DNA of 64,000 nt from Felis catus (Eukaryota). The position numbers and the translations under genes were made by a program. Position 1 is the first letter of the stretch. Each line of letters begins with the position of its first letter. Below, one piece after another: positions 1 through 11,704 of the stretch. The stretch is taken from the NCBI RefSeq assembly GCF_018350175.1, contig NC_058368.1, forward strand, positions 98,148,001 to 98,212,000. The letters are read 5' to 3'. The notes beneath the pieces are model-generated. The model was not told where the DNA came from. It saw only the letters and a list, made by a program, of their open reading frames with translations, and did no database searches.

Positions 1-974
1 GCATGTTAGATATAAATGTCCATTTATCCTCAGAGTAAAAATAAAGAAAATTTTGCCTAAATAGGTCCATTAATTGAAAGACCTTATCAGACTATATGTT
101 CTATATAAAATGTTGGCTTTCTGTTCTGCAGAGAGCGCAGTTTTCTGTTAATGTTTATGTTATGTGCTATTTCAAACCTAGCCTGTGTCAGGTTGTGCAA
201 ACAAGTGGAGAGTTCCTTCTTTCCCTTGATTCCTGAAAAAACAGACCAAGAATCCTCTTTAGGCATTTGGCAAATGTGTATAACTCCTCTTGAATCCACC
301 TCCCGTACTCATACCTTTGTCAAGAAAGCACCAGCGGTTCATCACCCACTAGTAGATGTCCAGAGAGAACTGTACCTGAGAGTTCTACTAGTCATTCATG
401 ACCTGCATGCCACATCGTTCTGCCTGAGTGCTTAGCATTTGCTCTCAGTAGCTTGTGCTCAGAAGCTTATAATGGTGCCTGAGCTTTCATAGCTGCCTCT
501 GGGTGCCTCTAATTGGGGTAGCTTCTAGGCTCCTCTCCTGCCTCTTTGATTCATGTCTGTTTTGTGTGGTTTTTGGTCAGCACCTTCCTTGAATTTTAAC
601 ACATCATATTTGCTGCACCTAGAGAGTACTTCTGCCTCTAGATCTAGAAAATAAAAATAAATTTGCTCTCTGAGAGACCAACCTCCGGTCTTCCCATGAA
701 AGAATAAGTACTACTTCGGGCAAATGAATATTGGGAATTGCTCAGCTATCAGGATTTTTTTTTTCCAGCTCTTCTAAACAAGTAATTCATCAGTTTATTA
801 GTCCCATAACATACATGCGTTTTTCTAATCTTTGACAAAAGGTCAGCACAGTGTTTGTCCTTTTAATAGAACATGTTATTGAAAATTTCAGTTCATCGAT
901 TTTTCTTTTCTGTGCTTAAGTGCCCAATTTACTGACTTAATTTTCAGGTCCTCAAAAGCAGGAACTACTTTTCG

Positions 975-1080
975 TCTCTCTTCCTTCCTTCCTTCTCCCT
1001 TCCCTCCCCTCCCCTCCCCTCCCCTCCCCTCCACTCCCTCCTTCCTTCTTTACTTCCTTTCTTCCTTCCTTCCACTTCCC
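975..1080. repeat. CT-rich simple repeat (TTCC/CCCCT)n
   Basis: Direct: ttccttccttcc...cccctcccctcccct tract. Confidence 0.9.
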
Positions 1081-1995
1081 TGTATAACTAGTTAAAACTT
1101 GATTGGTGAGACATTGTAAGCAGAGTTGGAATTTATTTGATAAGATTTTGATCAGAAATTCTAGAATTTGCGAAACACTAATATTTAGGCTTTCAGTAGA
1201 TGCGCCTCACTTTAAGGAAAATATTTTGCCTTATCAATTTATTCTGTATGAATTATTTAAGGTGATGACATTTAATGCAATTGGACAAGATAATTCTTAT
1301 CAATTTCTTTCAAGGTGGGAGAAAATCATTCTGAAGATGATTCTTAGACATTTTAATTGATATTTTAAATACAGTGCCTCTGAGGGAATCTGGGCCTCAA
1401 AAGTGTTTGCTGCAGCATTAATTTTTAGTTTAATTCAGGAAATCACATTGAAAAATAGTATATAGTGTTTCTCATTAGTGTGGTATTTAGAGTAGCCCAC
1501 AGTATACATGGATTCCCATAGATATTTATCTAAGAACCTTTGCTTTTTCTCAGACAGTAGTTGTTGCTGACCGTTGCAGACCAAATGGAGTCTTGTTCCA
1601 ACAACATTTGCTTTGTCTTCTCTGTTTTCCATGCTGTGATTCTAGATTGAATCTAGAATTCTGCATTGTTCTGCATCACTAACCGTTGGTTTCAGTTAGT
1701 AATAAAGTTCTGGTTCACAGCTGCCTCTTGCCCAAAAAGCCCGTATGTTTCTCCAAAGTGTTGTAATAGTGAAGCTAATTTTTGCTTTCATAGAACCAGG
1801 CTCTACTCTTTTGGAATTTAAATGACAGATGTGCTGGGTATAGTTTAGCTTCTTGAATATGACTGACCAAGAATGTCCCTGGCTCTATGTAAGAGCCCTT
1901 TAATATGAGATTATGATGCTTGAAGAAAGAAGGTGATTTTTCAAAAGGTGTTGCTGTTTAACTCCTAAATTCATTCTAGACTCCCAAATTTTTCT

Positions 1996-2023
1996 TTTTC
2001 CTTTTTTTAAATGCTTATTTATT

Positions 2024-2066
<43 letters not shown>

Positions 2067-2083
2067 ACAAGCTGGGAAGGGGC

Positions 2084-2128
<45 letters not shown>

Positions 2129-2256
2129 ATCTCAAGCAGGCTCTATGCTCCAAGCTGTCAGCACACAGCCTAACGTGGGTCTTGAACCCACGAACCGTGA
2201 GATCATGAGCTCAGCCAAAGTCAGATGCTTAACCAACTGAGCCACCCAGGCGCCCT
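1996..2256 (-). mobile_element. Can-SINE (SINEC_Fc-type)
   Basis: Reverse-complement head ccacccaggcgccc, gagatcatga core, two (GA)n tracts, poly-T. Confidence 0.95.
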
Positions 2257-2959
2257 TGAATTTTTTCTATTTTCAATTTTATTTAATTATATTTGTGATT
2301 TATTTCCATTTTGCATGGTAATATAAGTTATTTGTAATAGAAGCCAAGCATTGCTGAAACTTGCAAGGTAAAAGAGTAAAATTTTAATTCTCCAGGAGAA
2401 TTTTCTCTGGCACATTTTTGGTATGCACAAGTTGTATGTATTAAGTGGCATGTGGATATCAAGATTGCTAGTGGAATCCAAGTATCAAACAAGCTATTTT
2501 TTTTTTTTTCTCTCATGGCCCTTAAATTTGCTCAGTATGATTAGTTTTTTTCTTACATGGGAGCTTAGGAAAGTCCATGAACTTTGGTGTTATTTTAAGA
2601 CACAGAGGTCAGTCTGGATTCAAAATACCAATTCCATATAATAGTCAATACCTCAGTTTTCATTCAGAAACAGATGTCATGTTGCCTTCTTCCAGCTAAG
2701 GCTGCAGTGGGGGAAGTCTAGAAAGGTCTGGAAAATGGTTAGGATACTGCCAACTTGTTCTCTATTTCTCATGAGTATCCTCCACCATTCTTTCTTAGGG
2801 GTTTCTGGTACCGATCCCCTTTTGGGTTTGGTGCTTATGGTAGAGGAAGTAGCGGAGTTAAGGAGACTGGGAACAGCCATATTTGATGAGCACTGTAGTA
2901 AGCTAGCTTAATTTATAAAGAAATATTTTTTCATTACGGGGCACTTTGTAAGTTCTTCA

Positions 2960-3180
2960 GAATCTCTCCATCCTCATAGCTGGGTATTGAGAATTCTCCA
3001 TGGGTTCATACTTCTGCACATTTAGAAGCAGAGGCCTGGTTGCTTTTATTCCAGACATAGTTTCGTTTCTGAATGTCATATTTGTATAGCAGACAACCTT
3101 GGAAGATAGAGATAGTGTCTCCCTAAGAGTAAAGGACATTATAAAAAACTTGGGTTCCTTAAACTCAGGGCTGAGTAGGA
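2960..3180 (+). mobile_element. Old LTR fragment (MER77/MER68-like, tentative)
   Basis: ccttggaagatagagatagtgtctccct and ttataaaa..gggttccttaaactcaggg resemble recalled ERVL-class LTR motifs. Confidence 0.4.
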
Positions 3181-3399
3181 ATGTATCCCTTCTCCAATAG
3201 ATTGCATTTTTAACCCCTTGACTTTATGATTCAGTGGACTGTCATGATAGTTGTGGTATCATGGTCAGATACTTAGTCTTTACTAGAACACCCAGAGTTG
3301 TTCTTTAGTAAGGGTCGGGGGTGGGGGCACTCCTATGCTCCTCAAACTTAGAGTTGAGTTTGCAGTTGACATAAGGTTATTGAATTGTGCAACACCATG

Positions 3400-5460
3400 T
3401 AAGACTCTCCTTTCTTTGCTGAATTTCCTTTGTAACCCTGTCAAAAATCAATTGATTATGTATGTGTGATGTGTGTGGGGTTATTTCTGAGCTCTATTCT
3501 GTTGACCCATTTATGTTTACACCAATACCATACATATTGGTTACTGTCACTATTACTGTATAATATGTTGTGAAATCAGATAGTGTGAGAAATCCACTTT
3601 TGTTCTCCCGTTACAAAGCAGTTTGGACTATTTTTGGTCTTGCATTCTTGTATGAATTTTAGAATCAGCTTGTCAGTTTAAAAAAAAGTCTGAAATTTAT
3701 CATTGTGTTGTGTTGAATTTGCTGATGAATGTGGAAAAAAGTGATATTATGTAGTGTGTTGATACACGAACACAGCATTTATATCCATTTATTTGGATCT
3801 TCTTTAATTTCTCTCAGCAATATTTTGTAATTTTCAAGGAACAGATTTTGTACATCTTTTGCAGAGTGAGCCTTAAGTATACATATTTTCAACTCCACTG
3901 TAAATGGTATTGTTTTTACAATTTTAGCTTCTCATTGGTAATTGTTAGAATAAACAAATACAATTGATTTTTCTATATTGATCTTGTGTCTGCCAACATT
4001 GATAAATTCCCTTTTTAATTCTTTTTGTCGATTTCAGAGAACTTTGAACTTAGATGATCGTCTTACTCAATTACAGTTTTACATTTTCCCTTTCTATCAT
4101 TCTTCTTCATTCATCTGTATGTAATATATTTTTTCTTTTTTTAGATTTTCTTTTTTTATTGGTTTCAGTAAATTTGATTATTACGTGATGTGACACAATT
4201 TTTTTCTTTTATTTTTTTGCACTTGGAAGTTTGTTGTGTTTCTAGGTTTCACTGGTTAATAGTTTTCATCAAATTTGTAATGTTTTTGGCAATTATCTTT
4301 TTAAGTATTTGTCTTCATCTCTCTGCTCCTCTTTGGAAATTACAATCACACTTATCTTGGACTACTTAATATTTTCTTATACTTGATTATTTTTAAAGCA
4401 TTTTTTCCCTCTCTGTTTCATTTGGATAATTTCTGCTTCTATCTATAAGTTTACCAATTTTCTTCTGCATTGTTTCATCTGATGTTAATCTCATCCGCTA
4501 TATTTTTCTCTTCATGCATTGTAGTTTTCATTTTTAGAAATTCAATTTAAATATTTTTACATTTTCCATGTCTCTGCTTAGTACATTTAATCTTTTTATT
4601 TAGCTTCTTGGACATATGTAATTTAGTAATAATGTCTTTATCTACTAATTCAATCATCTATGTAATTTTAGGGTCAGTTTTGATAGATAAATATTTCTAT
4701 TCATGTAGTCTTATTTTCCTACTTCTTTGCATGCCTGACATGTTTTAAATTGGATACTAAAAACTGAATTTTACCTTGTTGGGAGATGGATATTTTTGTA
4801 TTCTTATACATATTCTTGACCTTTGTTATCTGAACTTGGTAAATGTTATTGCAGTTAAGTGAGTTGATTATTTGGTAATTTGGTTGATTTTTAGGAGTCT
4901 TGCTTTTAATCTCTTAGATGGGACCAAGTGCAGCATTTATTTTGGGACTGATACTGTTTTACTATTCAGACAGTTTCCTTGTGTATTCTCTATCTGATGC
5001 CCCATGAATTATTTCTACTTTGGCTGCTAAGAATGGGATATATTGCCTTATATGAGTTCCATAGATTTATCCCTCAAATCTTTTCTGTTGGTTCTTTTCT
5101 CAAGTAGATCCATCACATGTATGTACTGATAAGTACTCAGCTGGAGATTTGAGGATAACCTTTTAAAGATCTCCAAAACTTTCTTTCCTTGAACTTCTCT
5201 CTTCTCATATACTCCGACTATGATTTTTAGCCAGTTTTGCCTCCCCAGCCTTCTGTGTTTATCACCACAACTCAGGGAGATTCAGTGGCCTCTATGAGCC
5301 TCTGTCTGGGTTCATGGTCCCTTGAACTGTGGTCTGTAAATCATCTGCAGGCAGTAAAATGGACAGTAGTAGTGCTCTCATAGTCCATTTCATATCTTTT
5401 GGGATCAGTGACTTATTTTTCCTTGCTATTTAAGGTTTGAAAGCCATTGTTTCACTTATT
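3400..5460 (-). mobile_element. Ancient L1 (L1M) fragments, antisense
   Basis: T-rich degenerate L1 antisense motifs, e.g. tatgaattttagaatcagcttgtcag and aaatacaattgatttttctatattgatcttg. Confidence 0.75.
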
Positions 5461-5529
5461 CTGTTACTAGACAGAACTGATTGCTGACAACAGGGTAACT
5501 CTGGCCCTTGTTACTCCATTTTGGCCAGA

Positions 5530-6110
5530 TGTAGAATTCCTTGAATTTATACTTGGATTCTATTATTGGGTCTTGATAGAGAACCAGTGCAATATCTTTA
5601 TCCCTTATAGATATTTCCAGCACCATTGAATCTTCAGGATCATTTGGCCCAAGATACTGGGAAGCTTGCATAATAGCCTGGACTTGTTGCAAAACCTTTT
5701 CTGAAGCTCCACTCAAAATGGATGTAGTTATGGATCATCCTATAAATGGATCAAAACAACATTCCCATATGCAGCATATTCTCCTCAAAAATTGACTCAA
5801 GCTTGCCAAATGCTTTGCCACTTTCATAGTGGTAGGAGGCATGCATTCAACAATTTACCTTTTTTTTTTTTACATCAGGGTTGTCCTGGCATTCCTCAGT
5901 CAGTTGTACCTATAAATATGTTGCTGATATGACAAGCCTGTGAATCTTCATAGTATTTAATCTTAGATTCTCTAGCATGTAAGCACTAGAACATTTAAGT
6001 TACTATACATTTGCTACCAGCCATGTGCCATTAGCATGATATCATCAGTGTAATGGGTCAGCCTGAAGTTATGGGGGAACATTAAGTCAATTAAGGTCCC
6101 TGTAGGCTGT
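5530..6110 (-). mobile_element. ERV-L internal fragment (pol: RT and connection/RNase H region), decayed
   Basis: Minus translation EKVLQQVQAIMQASQYLGPNDPEDSMVLEISIRDKD resembles the recalled ERV-L pol motif EKALQQVQAAVQAALPLGPYDPADPMVLEVSV; LTHYTDDIML (YxDD) at about 6030-6061. Confidence 0.85.
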
Positions 6111-6507
6111 ATTTTGTGTTATGGTAAACATGAGAGATAATATAGTTTTGTAGTGAAAAATGTTAATGTTTACTTACTATTGTCCTTGCTTAAAAAAGCA
6201 AACTGATTTTGGTCATCTCTGTTCATGAATATAGAAATAAACATTTGCTCAACCAGTAGTTGTATATCAAAAAGTATCAGTTTTCCCTTTCTTAGTGTAC
6301 ACTTACCCTAGTAAATGGCTGCCCATTTTGATAACCACATCCATTTTGTCTTGGATGGTCAAGTACTGCTAATATCCTTTGGATGTTCCAGAATTTCACC
6401 ATCCCTGCTAATATGCGGGAATCCAGTTTCATGGCAGCAATCTTATTTTTGTATTCACATTGCTTTCATTCTTGACCATAATTTGATTTTTTAAAATAAA
6501 ATTTTTA

Positions 6508-6710
6508 GGGGCACCTAGGTGGCTCAGTTGGTTAAGCATCTGCGTCTTGATTTCTGCTGAGGTTATGATCTCATGGGTAGTGAGATTCAGCCTTGTGTTG
6601 GGCTCTGTGCTGACAGTGCAGAGCCTATTTGGGATTTTCTCTCTCCCACTCTCTCTGCCCTCCCCAACTCATGGAGGAAATAAATACATAAACATTTAAA
6701 AAATAAAGTA
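6508..6710 (+). mobile_element. Can-SINE
   Basis: ggggcacctaggtggctcagttggttaagc head, CT tract, A-rich tail. Confidence 0.92.
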
Positions 6711-6719
6711 AGATAAACT

Positions 6720-7520
6720 TATTTTTGAATAAATTTTGATTTACAGAAATGTTGCAAAGATAGTACGGAGAGTTCCTCTGTAGCCCTCATTCAATTTCCT
6801 CTAGTGTTATTATCTTATATTACCATGGCACATTTGTCAAAACTTAGAATCTGACATTGGCATGTTAATATTAAATAAACCCCAGAATTATTTGGATTTC
6901 ATCAATTTTTTTCATTGAAGAGCTTTTTCTGTTCCAGGATGGAAATGAGGTGACCACATTGTATTAAGTTGTCATGTGTCCCTAGTATCTTTTGTCCTGT
7001 GACATCTCCTCAGTCTTTTCTTGTATTTCAAGACCTTGACAATTCTGAGGGTTACTGGCTAGGTGTTCAGTAGAGTTGTCCCCCAGTCTAGGATTGTGTG
7101 ATATTTTTGTCAGCATTTGACTGGGATTAGTGGTTTTTGGAAAGAGTGCCACAAAGGCAAAGTACTCTTCTTGTTACATCCTGTCACAGGGGACATGGTG
7201 AGGCCAAATGAGGTCAATGGTGATATTGACTTTCATCATTTGGTTAAAGTACTGTTTGCCATGTTTCCTTACTATAAAGTTACTATCTTGCCCTTTTCCT
7301 AACCTATTTTTGGGAAGGAAATCACTATCGAACCGACTATTGGGGAGGACAGTTAAATTTTCCTGGATAGGGAAGTTATCTACATATATTATTTAGAATT
7401 CTTCTGTAAAGAATATTTATTCTCTCTCATTTATATATGTATTCAACTACTTATTTATATCTGTATAAACCTGTATATTTACTTTGTACTTTGAGTTTTA
7501 ATCTAATACCACAAGTAACT
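6720..7520 (-). mobile_element. Old L1 3' end (L1MC-like)
   Basis: ttttgatttacagaaatgttgcaaagatagtac and ttcatcatttggttaaagt resemble the antisense L1MC 3' UTR. Confidence 0.7.
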
Positions 7521-9478
7521 TTATTTTAAAATCCTGTTGCATGTATATATATAAATACTGAGCCCATACTGGCTATCCCTGACATGTCTGTTGTCTGGAC
7601 CTTTTAACTTAGGGAGCTCTGCGGTTTCGATGTTTCCCCTGGACATCAGATTCTTTGACAAGGCTGGAGTGTAGTTCTGTGCTTGAGATTCTGTCCCTGT
7701 AGCCTCACCATACAGACATTGCCTAGAAAATTTCAAGACTGTAAGCCTGAGTTTACAAGTTTTTTGTAAAACCTACAGAATGTCATTCCTTTTCTAGTGT
7801 TACTACCTTTCTCTCCTGGTGCCTCTACCTTTTAGAAGCAAAGATATTTAAATTAGAATTGCAGAATTAATATTAATTAGCTTGTCTGGCAAAAGCTCTT
7901 TAAGATTATGTGTTACCTTACCATGTCATTCTTTGACAATATAGGCTTTGAGTTTTCCTATTTGGGCTGTACCTTGAAGCTATTGTTGGATTACTAGGAA
8001 TAATTTATTTTATTTAATCATTTCTGAGTGTCCCACACTTTTGAATGAAAAAGTAAAGATGATGTGGTACATCTTTAAGCAACTAGAATAGAGGTAGGTA
8101 CCTGGATGAGGCATTATTTTCATCTGAGGGGCTAGTTGCTAATATACATCTCATTAAAAAATAAATCACACATAATTTACAAAAGTGGAGAAAAATTACC
8201 ATTGTTTGAAGGTAATATTAATTAAACTATTATTTATTTATAGTTTATTATTATGAAATTATTAATTAAAGGTCAAACTCACATCATAAACAGAAAAGTT
8301 CAAAACTTCTAACTTTTAAGATTCTTGTAAACTTTGATCTCTTTGGATTATGGCATTTCTGTATAAACAAAAATTTTTCTAACACTTGCTGAATTTGGCT
8401 AAACTTAAGCTGAAAGTAGCAGTTGTTCTATTTAAGTGTCATTCTTTGCAGTTCATTTCTTAGCAAGGTCACTCTTCCAGTAGGTGAAACTTGGAATGAA
8501 TAGCGCTTTAGATTACCTAGTTGGAGCTCACTCATTTTCCTATTGTTTTACTTGCTATTCTAGCAACCTGTTTGCTTTGGTAGTATCATTGAAAGATGTG
8601 GAAACTAGTAAAAGCTACAATCCTGCAGAGAACCTTTCGCTTTATCTCCTGACTTCTACTTCCGGTATGAGTTATGTTTTGGCATATATTTAGGAAATAT
8701 CTATGAAAGTAAGCCAACTTTTTGGGTGTTCACCTACAGCGTTGGCTTTGAGGATTTTATCTCTTTGATTTCATTGTACATAAATTTCATGTGTTGATAT
8801 AATATGTTAAATCAAGAGACGCTGACTATGTAAGAGTCCCAAAAGAAGAATTATGTAAAATGCCAAGTTTGATCCTGTGACATACTCCATCTATTGGAAA
8901 GTCACTCTGTCTCCTAGACCTCAGACTCAGATTTCATTAACATTTACATATTCTAAAAACTTTTATATAAAATTTCATCATCATTATTATTGCTATTATT
9001 GTTTGTAATTATTATTACCCTCCATGTGAATTTCAACAACCTTTTTCTTTAGAAGGGTTGTAATACCTACCTTTCAAGTGTATGGGGGAAATTTAAATAT
9101 AAAATTGCTGAGCACATTCATTGGCATGTGATGAGATTTTAGGGTAGTTTATTATTTTATTTCTCTCCCTGCTCCCCCTCAACATTGCAGGTCAGGTCTT
9201 CACTTCTGAGATCTCTTGTCTTAACTCCTCAGCCTATGTTACTCTTAGGAAGAATAACATCAGTTTGTTGTGTAAAGTCTTTGATGATGTAATAAAAGAC
9301 ATGAATCCGTTAAAATAGATTCCAAAATGGACAAAATAGACAACAGACAGCACACTCTCTCATCAATGGATTGCATTGTGTGTGTGATTGAGTCTATTCC
9401 TTTTAAATATCATAGCTCACTAAGTTTTTCCTTTTCTGCTACTATTTCTCACCTTAAGCTCATAAAGTCTACCAGAAC

Positions 9479-9710
9479 TTTTATTATTTTATTTTATTTT
9501 ATTTTATTTTATTTTATTTTATTTTATTTATTAGAAAACGTTTAATTATTTACTTTGAGGGAGAGAGAGGGAGAGAAAGAGGCAGAGAGAGACTGAGCAA
9601 GAGTCCCAAGCAGGAAAGCTGAACTCTATCTATCCCATGAATTGTGAGATCATGACCTGAGCCTAAATCAATAGGCGGATGCTCAACTGACTGAGCTGCC
9701 AAGATGCCCC
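9479..9710 (-). mobile_element. Can-SINE
   Basis: Core motifs, (TTTTA)n tail, flanking TSD ctaccagaacttt. Confidence 0.92.
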
Positions 9711-9964
9711 TCCTACCAGAACTTTCTACAAAGTTTTTTCTAAAGTCTTCTTGCTGCCAGCCCTTTAATTTCATCTGCATTAATGAAAATTTAGTTTTCC
9801 TAAAGCAGTTCTTTCATGTGCAATTCCCTCATTCCCAAGCATTTGTTCATCCTTCATTCCCAACAGAATCAAGTCTACATAACTTAGCCTAACACTCAAG
9901 AACCTCCAGGATATCTTGGTGCTTCCTTTTGCTTCTCCAAATTCATTCTCTACCCTTCTTCAAC

Positions 9965-10320
9965 TACTCTGTGGCCCTGGTGGCTGATCTATGTGAACTA
10001 CATCAGTGAGAACCCCGGTGAGAGTTAGGAGGAAGGAGGAGAAATCAGGGAATTTATTCCCTCAGATTCCTCCTTTCTACTAAAACTCTTGTGTCTTGTC
10101 TGGCATCCCTCTCCACAAGACTGTCCTTCTGGGGTTTGGTAACTCCCACTCTCCACTCCACTCTTCAGGATAAAGGGTAGAAATGGTTTTACTAGTACTG
10201 GGATACTGCCTTATTCTGGTGGTTTTTCTATACCTTGCACACACCTTTGTAAATATTCTCTGTTTCAGACTCAACTTGAATAACCCAACTGAATGTGCCA
10301 TCTGTTGCCCGGCTGTTATA
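9965..10320 (+). mobile_element. Old ERVL LTR (LTR33/LTR41-like)
   Basis: 3' end cacacctttgtaaata...aataacccaactgaatgtgccatctgtt resembles the recalled LTR33-family terminus. Confidence 0.6.
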
Positions 10321-10379
10321 CTTCCTAAATTTATCTCCTGACATACACTGCATCCTTTAAAGACAGATGGTTTATTATT

Positions 10380-10605
10380 GTTGGCATGGTGGTTTAGAGC
10401 ACCTACTTTGGAATGATAAAGTATTGGATTTGAATCCCGATTTTACTACTTCTCACTTCGGTGACTTTGATCAAATTAATCAACCTCCCTTAGCCTCAAT
10501 ATCCTCGTCCATTAAGTAGAAATAATAATAGCCACCTTGCAGAGTTTATGTGGGAAACAAAGAAGTATGGGGAAGTTCTATTACATAGCAGATGCTAAGG
10601 AAATA
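10380..10605 (+). mobile_element. MIR SINE
   Basis: ggcatggtggtttagagc...tttgaatcccga...ccttagcctcaatatcctcgtcc..aaataataata core. Confidence 0.75.
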
Positions 10606-10766
10606 TAGTTTTGGCGATGGGAATTTTTTGAGCTCATATACCTCTTGCGTTCCTACTGCCAAACCTCTTTTCCCATTTCTCCTAATATTCTCGGCTTCTA
10701 TCTGTCCATTTAAGGCTTAATTAAAATCCTTGTTCTTCTGTAATTTCTTAATGTTTCTTAATTCTT

Positions 10767-10922
10767 TTTTTTTTAATTTTTTTTTCGACGTTTATTTTTT
10801 TGGGGACAGAGAGAGACAGAGCATGAACGGGGGAGGGGCAGAGAGAGAGGGAGACACAGAATCGGAAACAGGCTCCAGGCTCTGAGCCATCAGCCCAGAG
10901 CCTGACGCGGGGCTCGAACTCA
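10767..10922 (-). mobile_element. 5'-truncated young Can-SINE
   Basis: CpG-intact body; perfect 19-bp TSD ttaatgtttcttaattctt at 10748-10766 and 10923-10941. Confidence 0.97.
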
Positions 10923-11494
10923 TTAATGTTTCTTAATTCTTATAGCACCTACTCCCTGGAATTCTCCTTTATGTTTTAATCTGTTTACGTCTCCTCTTCC
11001 CAATTATATTGTCAACAGTTTGATGATAGCAACAGGAATTTTCATTTCATTGTATTTACCCCTAATATTGTACTGTCCCCTAGCTCAATGGTGGGGATAT
11101 AGTAGAAGCTCAACAAATACTTGCTTAATAATTTAATTTTAATCATTTAATTTTAATTAAGGTAGACAAATTTTATAATGCAAGTAATTTGAACTAAGGT
11201 AGACATAATGCATAATGCATGTCTCCAGAATAGATATTTTAGTATCACAGTGCCCATTTCAGAGTAGATACTTACTGAATATTTGATGATTTGGGGTAAT
11301 TATTGTGCAGGCAAATTATCTGTAATACTGTCTAAGCACCTTGTTGACTACTGAGTAGCTATAGTCTGTACATGTATTGAAATACTTTACATTAACCGCC
11401 AAAGGTTAATGATCTAAGCAGGTTAAAAAGCACAGGAAGGAAATAGCATTAACAGTATTAATGGCAATAGACAGTATTCCAAGATTTTTGTAAT

Positions 11495-11704
11495 CTTTTT
11501 TAAAAAGGTTTATTTATTTATTTTGAGAGAGAGAGTGCGGAGGAGGGACAGAAAGAGAGAGGGAGAGAAGGAGAATCTTAAGCAGGCTCCATGCTGTCAG
11601 CACAGAGCCCGATGTGGGACTTCATCTCATGAACCCTGAGATCATGACCTGACCCGAAACCAAGAGTAGTTGGATGCTTAACCGACTGTGCCACCAGATG
11701 CCCC
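11495..11704 (-). mobile_element. Can-SINE
   Basis: Core motifs; TSD gatttttgt(a/c)atctttt. Confidence 0.93.

Noticed and set aside
2022..2240. RERERE/SLSLSL ORFs here and at other SINEs
   Set aside because: Translations of Can-SINE (GA)n/(CT)n tracts.
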